Numbered from the stretch's first letter, positions 26,812 through 36,785 are shown. The stretch is 56,857 nucleotides of DNA from Elusimicrobiota bacterium (GCA_018829985.1 JAHJSU010000333.1:1-56857), one strand, 5' to 3'. Numbers and translations are program-made. Notes: generated from the sequence alone by a model not told the origin.

Positions 26812-27117
26812 ATGAACGAGGAATCTTATCTGATCGACTGCCCGATGTGCAAGGCGCGCATTGAGGTGGAGAAGAAGACCGGCAAGGTGCTGCGGCACTG
26901 GGAGAAGCCGCGGGTTAAAGAGGGCGCCGACCCGATGCAGGAAGCGCTCAGGAAGATAAAGAATGATAAATCAAGGCTGGACGATTATTTTTCGAAGGCC
27001 CAGGGCTCCATGGAAGAGAAAAAGAAGGAGCTGCTGGACAAGTTCGAAAAGGAAAAAAAGCGCATCAAAGATTCCGGTGACACCTCCAGACCCCTGAACC
27101 CGATGGATTTGGACTAA
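26812..27117 (+). CDS. Hypothetical small protein (CPMC motif plus charged coiled-coil tail)
   Basis: 101-aa ORF with a GGAGA RBS. No family recognised. Confidence 0.5.
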   Translation: MNEESYLIDCPMCKARIEVEKKTGKVLRHWEKPRVKEGADPMQEALRKIKNDKSRLDDYFSKAQGSMEEKKKELLDKFEKEKKRIKDSGDTSRPLNPMDLD

Positions 27118-27149
27118 CCGCGCCTGTTAAATTGGAAAAGGCAGCACCT

Positions 27150-27530
27150 TTATTTTTGCAGGGAGGCGCGTAATTCCGTAAACAGGCGGAGATAGTCTTT
27201 CAGCCGGCCGTAAATATCTTCCGCCAATTTTTCATTGTAGGTATGGACGGAAAGATTTCTGTCTTCCAGCATTTTCAGCCACAGGGGATCGTCACCGATG
27301 AGACCGAGACTGAAGCCCTGCTCGAAACAATCCCTCGGGGAACGGCAGACCAGGCCCTTGCCGCCCAAAAATACTTTCAGGCATTTCCAGGCAAGTTCAA
27401 AGGTAAGCTCAAAACGTTTGATGGCCGAGTCGCGGTTGGCCACGGTGGCGGGGGCGGTTAATATCTCGGACAGGCGCTCCACCGACTGGTTGAAGGAATT
27501 GAGTTTTTCCCCGTTATAAAAGCTTTGCAT
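27150..27530 (-). CDS. HEPN-domain protein (HI0074-family nucleotidyltransferase substrate-binding protein), toxin of an MNT/HEPN pair
   Basis: R-x4-H-x-Y motif (RNLSVHTY). 17-nt overlap with the upstream MNT gene. Confidence 0.82.
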   Translation of the reverse strand: MQSFYNGEKLNSFNQSVERLSEILTAPATVANRDSAIKRFELTFELAWKCLKVFLGGKGLVCRSPRDCFEQGFSLGLIGDDPLWLKMLEDRNLSVHTYNEKLAEDIYGRLKDYLRLFTELRASLQK

Positions 27531-27804
27531 GGCTTAAAACCTCCCGGCGGAACCCGTCGTCGGTTTTGTTTAAATCCACTATTTCTATTTTCCTCAGCGT
27601 CGGAATAGCTTTAACCTCGTTCCGTAAGCGGAGCAGCGTTAAGTCTTCCAGCGGCTCGGCTCCCAACAGCCCGATGTCTATGTCCGAGGCCGGATCCGCC
27701 GCGTCTTTGGCCTGTGACCCAAAAAGATAAATTTTAAAATTTCCCGCCGGCAGACGCCGGCGGAGAATGGAAACTGTTTCCACGATTATTTCCTGGACGG
27801 TCAT
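27514..27804 (-). CDS. Minimal nucleotidyltransferase (MNT), antitoxin of an MNT/HEPN pair
   Basis: 96 aa; LFGSQAKD...SDIDIG nucleotidyltransferase signature. Confidence 0.82.
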   Translation of the reverse strand: MTVQEIIVETVSILRRRLPAGNFKIYLFGSQAKDAADPASDIDIGLLGAEPLEDLTLLRLRNEVKAIPTLRKIEIVDLNKTDDGFRREVLSHAKLL

Positions 27805-27988
27805 TTCATTTAATTATAACAAAAATCCCCAACAATACGGTGACATAAAATGAAGGGGTCAGGCCGCTTTTTGAAATGAAAAATAGCCGGCAAATTATAT
27901 GATCGGCGTTAGTAAATCCAACCAGCCTGCGGCTCCGCGGCTTTTTTTTCATTGGAAAAGTCTTCCAAAAAACCTAGAATATATCAGT

Positions 27989-28519
27989 ATGCACGAAGAT
28001 GTGGAAGAAGTGCTCATTTCCGAGAAGGAACTTCAGGAACGCATCAAAAAGCTGAGCCGCGGGATCTCCGAAGAATATAAGGGCCGGTGCGTGACGCTCG
28101 TCGGCGTCCTGAAAGGGTGCGTGCTTTTCCTTTCCGACCTTTTGAAGCAGCTGAAGATCGAAACCAACGTGGATTTTATGATGCTTTCTTCCTACGCCGG
28201 GGCGCAGTCCACCGGCGTGGTCAGGACCATCCTTGACCTCAAGCAGAACATAGAAGGCCGGGACGTCCTGATCATAGAGGATATAGTGGACTCCGGCCTG
28301 ACCATGAACTATATGCTCAAGAACCTGAAGACCCGCGGGCCCAAATCGCTGGAAATATGCACCCTGCTGGACAAGCCCTCTTGCAGAAAAGCCAGGGTGC
28401 CCATAAAATATGCGGGCTTTGTCATCCCCGATAAATTCGTGGTCGGCTACGGTCTGGATTACAACGAGCTTTACAGGAATCTGCCTTATATAGGCGTGCT
28501 TAAAAGATCAGCGCTGTGA
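27989..28519 (+). CDS. hpt: Hypoxanthine phosphoribosyltransferase
   Basis: PRPP motif VLIIEDIVDSGLTM and GYGLDYNELYRNLPYIG. The conserved core starts at ATG 27989; the track ORF begins at 27899. Confidence 0.9.
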   Translation: MHEDVEEVLISEKELQERIKKLSRGISEEYKGRCVTLVGVLKGCVLFLSDLLKQLKIETNVDFMMLSSYAGAQSTGVVRTILDLKQNIEGRDVLIIEDIVDSGLTMNYMLKNLKTRGPKSLEICTLLDKPSCRKARVPIKYAGFVIPDKFVVGYGLDYNELYRNLPYIGVLKRSAL

Positions 28520-28541
28520 GAGATAATACCAAGGGAAAAAC

Positions 28542-30356
28542 ATGCCACTGAAAAAAAATTTGAAACAAATGCTGTTCTGGGCGCTGACTTTCATGATGAT
28601 TCTCGCCATATACCAGAACGTGAAAAGCGTGGAACGGGAAAAAGAGCTCCCCTATTCCGAATTTAAAGCCAAAGTAAAAGCCGGCCAGGTCGTCAAAGTG
28701 ACGATACGCCCCGACCTTATAAAGGGCGAGCTCAAGAGCGGGGATAAAAATACGGCCTTCAGGACCATCCCCCTGATCGACGACAAACTTATAGGGGAGA
28801 TGGAGGCCGGCGGCGTGGAAAGTTTCTCCGGCGAGGCCGACAAGAGCTGGATCACCAGCCTCGTGCTGAATGTGGGCTGGATAATCCTGTTCGTGTTCTT
28901 ATGGTGGTTCCTTTTCATCCGGCAGGCGCAGATGGGCGGCAAGCAGGCTATGTCTTTCGGCAAGTCCCGCGCCAAACAGCAGGACCTTAAAAAACAAAAA
29001 GTTACCTTCAAGGACGTTGCCGGCTGCGACGAAACCAAGGAAGAGCTGACGGATATCGTGGATTACCTTAAAAATCCGAAAAAATACAAGCTGCTGGGCG
29101 GCGAGCTGCCCAAAGGCGTTCTCTTATACGGCCCGCCCGGAACCGGCAAAACCCTGCTCGCCCGCGCCATAGCCGGCGAAGCCGGCGTTTCTTTTTTCAC
29201 TTCCTCCGGTTCTGAATTCGTGGAGATGTTCGTGGGCGTCGGCGCCTCGCGGGTCAGGGACCTTTTTGAAAGAGCCAAAAAAAGCCCGCCCGCCATCGTC
29301 TTTGTGGACGAACTGGACGCGGTGGCCCGCGCCCGCTTTGCCGGCATCGGCGGCGGCCATGACGAAAGAGAGCAGACCTTGAACCAGTTGCTGGTGGAAC
29401 TGGACGGTTTCGAGGCCAATGACGGGATCATCCTGATAGGCGCCACCAACCGGCCCGATGTGCTTGACCCTGCGCTGCTCCGGCCCGGCCGCTTTGACCG
29501 CCGCATCAATGTGCCTGTTCCCGACATCAAGGGCCGTCACGAGATCCTCCAGGTGCACGCCCTTAAGGTCAAGATGGGGCCGGACACGGATCTGAACGTT
29601 ATAGCCAGGCACACGCCCGGTTTTGTGGGGTCGGATCTGGCCAATATAATAAACGAAGCCGCGATACTCGCCGCGAAGAAAGAGAGAAAAGCCGTAGAGC
29701 AGAGAGACATTGAGGAAGCCATAGAGAAAATGATAGCCGGTCCGCAAAGAAAATCCCGCATCATCTCCGACAGGGAAAAACATATCGTGGCATATCACGA
29801 GGCCGGCCACGCCCTGGTGGCGCAGCTGCTCCCGGGCTCCGACCCCGTCCATAAGGTCTCCATCATCCCCAGGGGTCCGGCGCTCGGCTACACCCTGCAG
29901 CTGCCGCTTGAGGATAAATATCTTACCTCAAAGACCGAGATAACCAATAAACTTTCGGTCCTTCTGGCGGGCCGGGCGGCCGAAGAAATGATCTTTAACG
30001 AGAGCACCACCGGGGCCACCGACGACCTTTCCAAAGTGACCGGTTACGCGCAAAAAATGGTGACGGAATTCGGCATGAGCGAGAAAATAGGCCCGCTTTC
30101 GCTCAAAAAGGACGAATCCGAAGTCTTCCTGGGCCGCGACCTCATGCGCCAGCCCGGCTATTCCAACGAGACCGCCAAGAACGTGGATGACGAGGTCAAG
30201 AAAATAGTGCTTGAGTGCTATGCGAAGACCAAGGATATCTTGACGCTCCACAGAAAAGCGTTGGATGCCATAGCCGCCAAACTGATAGAGAAAGAAGTGA
30301 TAGACGCCGCCGAAATGGTCGGCATCCTTAAAGGCCTGGAAGGCGCGGCGGCGTAA
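28542..30356 (+). CDS. ftsH: ATP-dependent zinc metalloprotease FtsH
   Basis: Two N-terminal TM segments, Walker [12 protein letters not shown] region and HEAGHA zinc site. Confidence 0.95.
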   Translation: MPLKKNLKQMLFWALTFMMILAIYQNVKSVEREKELPYSEFKAKVKAGQVVKVTIRPDLIKGELKSGDKNTAFRTIPLIDDKLIGEMEAGGVESFSGEADKSWITSLVLNVGWIILFVFLWWFLFIRQAQMGGKQAMSFGKSRAKQQDLKKQKVTFKDVAGCDETKEELTDIVDYLKNPKKYKLLGGELPKGVLLYGPPGTGKTLLARAIAGEAGVSFFTSSGSEFVEMFVGVGASRVRDLFERAKKSPPAIVFVDELDAVARARFAGIGGGHDEREQTLNQLLVELDGFEANDGIILIGATNRPDVLDPALLRPGRFDRRINVPVPDIKGRHEILQVHALKVKMGPDTDLNVIARHTPGFVGSDLANIINEAAILAAKKERKAVEQRDIEEAIEKMIAGPQRKSRIISDREKHIVAYHEAGHALVAQLLPGSDPVHKVSIIPRGPALGYTLQLPLEDKYLTSKTEITNKLSVLLAGRAAEEMIFNESTTGATDDLSKVTGYAQKMVTEFGMSEKIGPLSLKKDESEVFLGRDLMRQPGYSNETAKNVDDEVKKIVLECYAKTKDILTLHRKALDAIAAKLIEKEVIDAAEMVGILKGLEGAAA

Positions 30357-30395
30357 ATCCGGAGGAAGGGGTATAGGGGAAATCAAATATCAAAG

Positions 30396-30508
30396 GTAAC
30401 TACTCAGGTCTGTCGTCGTAGTGGCAGAGTTTACTCTGCCCAAAAAGGCAAAGCAAGCTTTGCCACTACAAAAAATACGTGAAAAATACGGAGAACCTGA
30501 GTAGTTAC
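30396..30508. mobile_element. MITE-A copy (113 bp) in the ftsH-cdaA spacer
   Basis: Same TIRs. 8-bp TSD TATCAAAG at 30388-30395 and 30509-30516. Internal sub-hairpins GGCAGAG..CTCTGCC and GGCAAAGC..GCTTTGCC. Confidence 0.9.
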
Positions 30509-30662
30509 TATCAAAGATTAAAAATCAAAAAGACAGTTTAAGAAGAGGAAAAAGCAAATGTCAAAGATTAAAAATCAATATGAATGACGCGGAAATTTAT
30601 GGTTTTTGGGTTTTTAGCGGGTATTTTTAAGATTTGATATTTAATTTTTTGATTTAACCAGT

Positions 30663-31475
30663 ATGTATCTCACTTATTTAAAGAACATTTTCGACATATT
30701 CGTCGTTTACTACATCATCTACCGGCTTATCCTGCTGATACAGGGCACCCGGGCGATGCATGTGGTCTGGGGCGTTTTTGTTTTAGCCATTATAACGGCG
30801 CTGGCGAAATTTTTAAGCCTGGGCGCCACGGCGTGGCTGTTGCAGCAGTTCTGGCTTGCCGGTATTTTCCTGCTGATCGTGGTTTTTCAGCCGGAGATCA
30901 GGGTGGCACTGGCGAACATCGGCTCAAACCCGCTTGGCAGGATCCTGATGCCGCAGGAATATAAATTCATAGCCGAGCTCATGGAGGCCGTGAAATTCGC
31001 TACGGAGAAGAAGACAGGTATGCTGATCGTGCTTGAACAGGACATGGGGCTGAGGGATATAGTGGAAACGGGCGTGCGGATCAACGGCGAAGTTTCCAAG
31101 GAACTCCTGCTTACCATATTCCAGCCCCATACGCAGCTGCACGACGGCGCCGTGGTCATCGCCAACAACAGGGTGGTGTCCGCCGGCTGCATCCTGCCGC
31201 TTACCGAGCAGCAGGAGCTCTCGAAAATATTGGGCATGCGCCACCGCGCCGCCCTTGGTTTAAGCGAGATAGCCGACGCCATTATAATCACCGTCTCGGA
31301 AGAGACGGGGCTTATCTCCATAGCCAGAAACGGCAAACTCCAGCAGGCCGTCGACCCGCTCGACCTTGAGACCATGCTTTACCAGCTTTACCGTTCAAGG
31401 ACCGAAAAAACGCTTTTAAGGAAAGGCGTAAGGCCGCAGCGGCAGCCCCCGCAGCAGCCGCCCCCGCAGCCTTGA
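30663..31475 (+). CDS. cdaA: Diadenylate cyclase CdaA
   Basis: Three N-terminal TM helices plus a DAC domain (LHDGAVVI...GMRHRAALGLSE...VSEETGLISIA). Confidence 0.9.
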   Translation: MYLTYLKNIFDIFVVYYIIYRLILLIQGTRAMHVVWGVFVLAIITALAKFLSLGATAWLLQQFWLAGIFLLIVVFQPEIRVALANIGSNPLGRILMPQEYKFIAELMEAVKFATEKKTGMLIVLEQDMGLRDIVETGVRINGEVSKELLLTIFQPHTQLHDGAVVIANNRVVSAGCILPLTEQQELSKILGMRHRAALGLSEIADAIIITVSEETGLISIARNGKLQQAVDPLDLETMLYQLYRSRTEKTLLRKGVRPQRQPPQQPPPQP

Positions 31476-31587
31476 ATCTGCGGGGATTGAAGATTGAAGA
31501 TTAAAGATTTAAGATTTAAGATTTTAAAGATTACTGCCGATTCAGGCAATCTTAAATCTTCAAGCTATAATCTTATAATTCGATTTT

Positions 31588-31686
31588 ATGAATATTCCCG
31601 AACTTATAATCAGAAATTGGAAAATAAAGGTCATAGCTTTTGTCATAGCGCTTCTCATCTGGTACTTCATCGTGGGAAAGATATAA
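31588..31686 (+). CDS. 32-aa TM mini-ORF resembling the N-terminal anchor of CdaR/YbbR (possible remnant)
   Basis: Hand-translated MNIPELIIRNWKIKVIAFVIALLIWYFIVGKI. Position is where cdaR normally follows cdaA. No YbbR domains follow. Confidence 0.3.
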   Translation: MNIPELIIRNWKIKVIAFVIALLIWYFIVGKI

Positions 31687-31818
31687 CGGAGGCATGGAGG
31701 AGTAGAAGCGTGGATGCGTAGAAGAAAAAGTTCAACGGAATCAAGCTGCTGCGCTTCTACACCGCTACGCATCCAGATTGCTGCACCTCCAAATTGCTGT
31801 GCCTCCACGCATTTAAGC

Positions 31819-32577
31819 ATGAACACTAAGCCGAGAATCCTGGCGCACAGGGGGGGGCTGTTGAACGCTCCTGAAAACACTATCGCCGCTTTTGAGCTCG
31901 CGTTTTCAAACGGCGCGGCCGGTGTTGAATGCGATATAAGAAAGACCAGAGACGGCCAGTTTATAGCCTTCCACGACAGGACCGCCAAAAGACTTACCGG
32001 CCATAACTGGCCGATAGCCGAAACCGGTTACGGCCAGCTGAAACATATTAAAGTTCTGGGCAAAGCCCCCATAGCGCATTTGGACGATATTTTAAACCTT
32101 TTGATATTGAATCCCGTCAGGACCTGCTACTTTGAACCGGCTTTGGAAAGCCCGCGGGACGCTGCCGGGCTTGCTTTAGAGATAAAGAAGGCCGGAGTTC
32201 AGCGCCGGGCCTATATTCTGACTTTCGCGCACAAAACGGAATATCTGCGCGCGGCCAAAAACGCCGTGCCGGATATCGGCGCGGCCGTCATGCCGCTGTT
32301 GCCTTCGAATATCCTTAAAACCGCTTTGGCCTCAGGCGCCGGCGCGGTCTGCGCGGGCTGGGTGCCTGGCTGGGCCGGGACCAGGGAACTGTTTAAGCTC
32401 GGCGCCAAAGTGTTCGATTTCAAAAAGCAGATACGGGCCGCCGGGGCGGCGGGGATAGAGGTGTCGGCCGGGGTGGCTAACGATTACTATGACGTCCGCT
32501 GGCTGGACTCCGAGGGAGTTTCCGGCATATGGACGGACGACGTGCCCATGGCGGCAAGGGCGATATACGGCGGTTAA
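31819..32577 (+). CDS. Glycerophosphodiester phosphodiesterase family protein
   Basis: ILAHRGG...APENTIAAF...GVECDIRKTRDG motifs. The track ORF's upstream part is hairpin-repeat sequence. Confidence 0.85.
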   Translation: MNTKPRILAHRGGLLNAPENTIAAFELAFSNGAAGVECDIRKTRDGQFIAFHDRTAKRLTGHNWPIAETGYGQLKHIKVLGKAPIAHLDDILNLLILNPVRTCYFEPALESPRDAAGLALEIKKAGVQRRAYILTFAHKTEYLRAAKNAVPDIGAAVMPLLPSNILKTALASGAGAVCAGWVPGWAGTRELFKLGAKVFDFKKQIRAAGAAGIEVSAGVANDYYDVRWLDSEGVSGIWTDDVPMAARAIYGG

Positions 32578-32604
32578 TAGCGAACGCTAAAAAACGGAGG
32601 TCTT

Positions 32605-33303
32605 ATGTTCAAAATTTTCGCCTATCTCGTGCTGATACTGTCCGCGGCCTACGGAGCCATAACGGTTTATCCCGGCATGTTCTTTTCCAGCAGCCACGAC
32701 TATAAAAATATTGCGGTCTACAGCCATGAACCGCTGAAAGAAGGCGCGAACGGGCTTCTTGGACAGGTCAGCGAAAAAATTTCGGCCGGCGAGTTTTTTG
32801 ACGCCGGCCAGAAGTTCGAGGTTTACCTGGCAGGGGGTTACGGCGAATACGCGCTTTTCACGCTTTTCTGCCGCAAGGACTATGCCTGCCTGCATCCCCT
32901 CACCGGCAAGCTCTTTCTGGCTTCCGCCGACTTTGAAAAGAAACGCTCCTACATTTCCGGCGATGAGTCAAAAGGCCGGCCGCTTGACGCCGTCCTCACG
33001 CGCGGGCTGGCCAAGGCCCAGGTCAGGGAAAAGATGGGCGGTCTGACTTATTTTTTCCTGGGCGAATGGAAAACGGAGGGTTATGCCGAGCATGTAGCCG
33101 GAGAGACCGAAGGCTGGGACCCCGCCGAAATATGCCGGGAAAAAGCCGCGAACGATCCCGTGCTGCGGCACCTGAAATACAGGCTTATCGTGGAACTGGT
33201 GAGCAACGAGGATAGGATGGGCTATCCCGTGCTGATGAAAGAGAATTACAGCTATGAGGGAGTGGAAAAACGCGTAAAAAAAAGATATTGCGGCAATAAC
33301 TAG
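32605..33303 (+). CDS. Hypothetical membrane-anchored protein
   Basis: N-terminal TM segment and GGAGG RBS. No family recognised. Confidence 0.5.
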   Translation: MFKIFAYLVLILSAAYGAITVYPGMFFSSSHDYKNIAVYSHEPLKEGANGLLGQVSEKISAGEFFDAGQKFEVYLAGGYGEYALFTLFCRKDYACLHPLTGKLFLASADFEKKRSYISGDESKGRPLDAVLTRGLAKAQVREKMGGLTYFFLGEWKTEGYAEHVAGETEGWDPAEICREKAANDPVLRHLKYRLIVELVSNEDRMGYPVLMKENYSYEGVEKRVKKRYCGNN

Positions 33304-33453
33304 CCCGTCCGCCTTAGGCGGACGGGAGTTATGAGTTTTTCCGCCCCCGCCAAACAACCGGCGGGTCCGCCGAAGCTGTGTGGCGGAAAACGGCCGGCGG
33401 GCAAGCGGGTCCCCGCCAATACTACCCGGCGGGCGCAGCGCCTCTGGCGGAAA
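33304..33453. repeat. REP-like GC-rich unit cluster
   Basis: TCCGCCTTAGGCGGA, CCGCCAAACAACCGGCGGGTCCGCC and GTGGCGGAAAACGGCCGGCGGGCAAGCGGGTCC units. Single units also lie at 4575-4600, 12724-12765, 24408-24452 and 54075-54092. Confidence 0.85.
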
Positions 33454-33605
33454 GTGTTGAGTTTCGAGTAGGAATTCGGGTTAGCTAAGTCCTCACTATA
33501 TTTATCCGGGTGCGCTGGTTCCGCAGCGCGCCCGGTTTTTCATAAAAAAATATTTGTTCCCTCTGTAATACTTTCCCGGCCGCCGCGTATTTATTAGTAT
33601 AGAGT

Positions 33606-34118
33606 ATGCGCAAAGCTATGGATTTTGCCGGTATTTATGACCGCTATTTTGCGAAGGTCTACAACTACGTGCGCTACCACGTTAGATTGCCGGCGGAGGC
33701 GGACGATATTACGGGCAGGATATTCGAGGCCGCGCTTGACGGGCTGGGAAGCTATGACGCGGCGCGCGCTCCGGTGCAAGTCTGGCTTTTCGGTATAGCG
33801 CGCAACGCCGTTATAGACTGGGCCAGGGCGCGAAATCGGCGGGGCGAGGTCTTTTTGGATAACATGGAAGAGCAGGCCGGGACGGAACCGCGCGTCGAAG
33901 ACGCTTTTGAGAGAAAAGAAGAGGCCGACCGGCTCCTTGACGCCGTATCGGCGCTGGACGACCGCTCACGGGACATAATAGCGCTGAAATTCAGTTCCGG
34001 GATGACGAACCGCGAGATAGCTCTGATGACGGGGCTTGGCGAGAGCAACGCGGGCATTATAATTTACCGCGCGGTGAAAAAATTGCAGGCGACTTTGGCG
34101 GCGGAGGGGAAAGTATGA
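33606..34118 (+). CDS. ECF-type RNA polymerase sigma factor
   Basis: Region 2 (YDRYFAKVYNYVRYHV...DITGRIF) and region 4 HTH (GMTNREIALMTGLGESNAGIIIYRAVKKL). Confidence 0.88.
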   Translation: MRKAMDFAGIYDRYFAKVYNYVRYHVRLPAEADDITGRIFEAALDGLGSYDAARAPVQVWLFGIARNAVIDWARARNRRGEVFLDNMEEQAGTEPRVEDAFERKEEADRLLDAVSALDDRSRDIIALKFSSGMTNREIALMTGLGESNAGIIIYRAVKKLQATLAAEGKV

Positions 34119-34843
34119 ACGAAAACGAGCTGGCCGAACGGTTCAACCGTGAGCTTGACGAAGTTCTTTCAGGGCGCGCAAGGCGGTCCCCTTTCAGCCC
34201 GGACCCCGGCGCCATGGAAATAGCGGACAAACTCGCCCGCGCTGATTTCAGCGGGGACTCCGGGATAAGAGAATCGCTCAGGGCCCGGCTGGTCGGAGCG
34301 GACCGCGGCGCCGGCGTTTTTGGGAGAATAATGCGGCTGCTGATGCGCAACGTCTACGCGCAGAGCGCGCTGGCGGCGGCTTGCCTGCTGCTGATTCTTC
34401 TGCCCGTGATGCGCACAGGCCCGGGAAAGACCGGTCACAACGGCGCGAAGCCGTCAGTCCACACGTCCGCGCGCCCCGGCGCCGCCGCGCAGCTCCGGAT
34501 AAGTTCCGCCGCCGTTCCGGGGGGGGGGAGAGCCGCGCCGGTCCCGGCGGGCGTTAAGACCGTTCCGCGGCGGACCGCGGCCGCCGCCCCGGCCCCTGCG
34601 GGGGGCGCCTTGCCCGGTTCAGGAGTTTTCCGCTCCATCCCGATGGCCGCTCTGGCCGCGGGGCGGCCGGGCGGGTTTCCTATAGAAAGTAAAAAAGGCG
34701 CGTATCCGATAGGACGGCTGAAAGGCCGGAAACTGGCGTTCCCGAAAGGTTCGGGCGTGGTCTGGGAAACCGAACACGCCGTGTTCACGCTTGAAAGACG
34801 GGAAATCTCGCCTGACGAGCTGTTTCAGCGGAAAGCGATATAA
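34115..34843 (+). CDS. Putative anti-sigma factor (single TM)
   Basis: 4-nt overlap with the sigma gene. One TM segment (ALAAACLLLILLPV). Pro/Ala/Gly-rich linker containing a G10 run. Confidence 0.5.
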   Translation: MNENELAERFNRELDEVLSGRARRSPFSPDPGAMEIADKLARADFSGDSGIRESLRARLVGADRGAGVFGRIMRLLMRNVYAQSALAAACLLLILLPVMRTGPGKTGHNGAKPSVHTSARPGAAAQLRISSAAVPGGGRAAPVPAGVKTVPRRTAAAAPAPAGGALPGSGVFRSIPMAALAAGRPGGFPIESKKGAYPIGRLKGRKLAFPKGSGVVWETEHAVFTLERREISPDELFQRKAI

Positions 34844-34853
34844 GGAGGACTGT

Positions 34854-35654
34854 ATGAAAACAGCAATAGCAGGGCTTGTTTGCGTGGTGTTTCTGTCGGT
34901 TTCGCCGGCTAAGTCCGCGGTGGAAACCGTCGCGGGGGCGGTTAAATCGCAGGTTACCGATTCGGACCGAGCTGCGTCGCAGGACCATTACTTAAAGGGT
35001 TTGAATTATTTTCAGGCCGGCGTATACAAGCAGGCCGGTGTGGAATGGGAAACGGCGCTTCGGCTCGACCCGGAAAATTCCGACGCCAAAGCGGGCCTGG
35101 AGCGACTAAAAAAACTGCTCCCCGAACTTGAGGATAACGGCCTAAGCGCCCCAAAGAAAAAGACCCGGGCAGCCTCCGGCGCGGGAGCCGCCGCGGAAAG
35201 CGCGGCCGCGCCCGTCAAAAGCGCCCCGGGCGGGGAATTCCTTGATGAAAAAGTTGAGTACGGCGGCTTCCAGGCTTCGACCGAAACGGCGGAGTCGCCG
35301 TATGTCGGCCTTGTTCCCGGCTACCGCGGAACGGCTATCCCCGTGTCGGGCGACCAGCTCTTATATGTCAAAAAAGGCGACCGCGTGGACGTGCTTGTCA
35401 CTTTTGACGCCGCCGCGAAAGACGTGAAAGAGAAGGTTACCGCCACCATCCTTCAAAATGTCATCGTGATAAACGTGCGAAAGCCGGACCATCCCGATGA
35501 AACGGGCGTTATAGAACTGCTGTGCAATCCCAATGAGGCGCAGTACCTGGCTTTAAGCGCGGCCCAGGGGGATACAAGCATCGCCGTGCGCGCGCCCGGC
35601 GACTTCAGCATGCGCCCGATGGAAATGGCCAGCTTCCGCAAGCTGATAAAGTAG
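34854..35654 (+). CDS. Secreted TPR + RcpC/CpaB-C-terminal-like domain protein
   Basis: Signal peptide after AAGGAGG. TPR-like YLKGLNYFQAGVYKQAGVEWETALRLDPEN. C-terminal block VTATILQNVIVINV...LLCNPNEAQYLAL resembles the CpaB/RcpC beta-clip domain. Confidence 0.6.
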   Translation: MKTAIAGLVCVVFLSVSPAKSAVETVAGAVKSQVTDSDRAASQDHYLKGLNYFQAGVYKQAGVEWETALRLDPENSDAKAGLERLKKLLPELEDNGLSAPKKKTRAASGAGAAAESAAAPVKSAPGGEFLDEKVEYGGFQASTETAESPYVGLVPGYRGTAIPVSGDQLLYVKKGDRVDVLVTFDAAAKDVKEKVTATILQNVIVINVRKPDHPDETGVIELLCNPNEAQYLALSAAQGDTSIAVRAPGDFSMRPMEMASFRKLIK

Positions 35655-35663
35655 GGGGAAAAT

Positions 35664-36698
35664 ATGAAAGTCTTCAAAAAACTGTTGTGCATGCTGCCTC
35701 TTGCCGCGGCGCTGCCGGTCTGCGCGGCCCCGCCCGAAGAACTGATCCGGATATCGTTATGCCCGGCGGCCGAGAATATGCAGTTGTTCTACTATTATCT
35801 AAAGCCCGGCATAGAAGCTTCCCTTAAAGATCATAAGACGCATTGTCCCGGCTCGGAAGAGTCCGTTAAAATGCCCGGCTGGCTCCAAAAAGCGGCGCCG
35901 GCCATGGCGGAGCGTATGGTCTGGAAAGATCCGGAGGAGGGAAACTTGAGCGAGGCCGCGCTTTGGCAGACGCCGGTGTCGGTGCTCTACGAGTTTACCG
36001 AGACCACCCGCAAGACGCTCCCCGGACCGGCGGGCGAGACCCCGGTTTCGCCGTTCATTCTTGAGAAGGAGTATAACGACATGCGCACACGCCTGATACT
36101 CAGCGTTGAGCGTTTGGCCAGGGCCAGGCTGAATGACTCTTTCGAAGGCCGGGGAAAAGGGCTGTTTTCCACGCTGAACAGGATCATGGAACGTATGGAC
36201 GCTCTGACCGGGGCGATCTCGGCGCGGGACAAAGCCGGGTTTTACAAAGGCGCGGGTGAGGCGGCGGGGCTAAGTAAAGACCTGTTCGCCCAATTGTTCT
36301 CGGCGCCGCGCCTGGAGCCTGGTTACAGATACCGGCCCCAACCCAGGATACTGGACGGCTACAGGGGCGTCAGCCTGCCCGTGCCGGGATACCAGACGCT
36401 CTTCCTTAACAGCGGCGAGCGCGTTGACCTGCTTGTCACGTTCGAGGCCATCATGGGGAAAGGCGCCAAAGAGATGGTGACGGCCACGATACTGCAGAAC
36501 GTCGTAGTCCTTAAAGTTTCAAGACCGGACGCGATAGGCGGGACCGGGGTCGTTCAACTGCTGTGCAACCCGAACGAGGCGCAGTACGCGACCTTGAGCC
36601 TGGCACAGTGCAAGAGCGTCAATATCGCGCGCCGCGCCGCCGGAGACGTGGAGCTGCATCCGATGGAAATAGCGAGCTTCGTGAAGCTGTTCAAATAG
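35664..36698 (+). CDS. Secreted RcpC/CpaB-C-terminal-like domain protein (paralog of 34854-35654)
   Basis: Signal peptide. The C-terminal ~110 aa are clearly paralogous (VTATILQNVVVLKV...LLCNPNEAQYATL...PMEIASFVKLFK). Confidence 0.6.
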   Translation: MKVFKKLLCMLPLAAALPVCAAPPEELIRISLCPAAENMQLFYYYLKPGIEASLKDHKTHCPGSEESVKMPGWLQKAAPAMAERMVWKDPEEGNLSEAALWQTPVSVLYEFTETTRKTLPGPAGETPVSPFILEKEYNDMRTRLILSVERLARARLNDSFEGRGKGLFSTLNRIMERMDALTGAISARDKAGFYKGAGEAAGLSKDLFAQLFSAPRLEPGYRYRPQPRILDGYRGVSLPVPGYQTLFLNSGERVDLLVTFEAIMGKGAKEMVTATILQNVVVLKVSRPDAIGGTGVVQLLCNPNEAQYATLSLAQCKSVNIARRAAGDVELHPMEIASFVKLFK

Positions 36699-36785
36699 CC
36701 CGAAAATTGCAGTTAGAGCCGGTTATTATAGAGAAAGCAACGGATTAAATATCCATTGCAATTTTTGGAAGGCTAAAGGTATGTT

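Noticed and set aside
31494-31721. 75-aa ORF after cdaA
   Set aside because: It is a translation of the GATTnAA word array and the following hairpin. A different frame gives the more plausible 32-aa TM mini-ORF.
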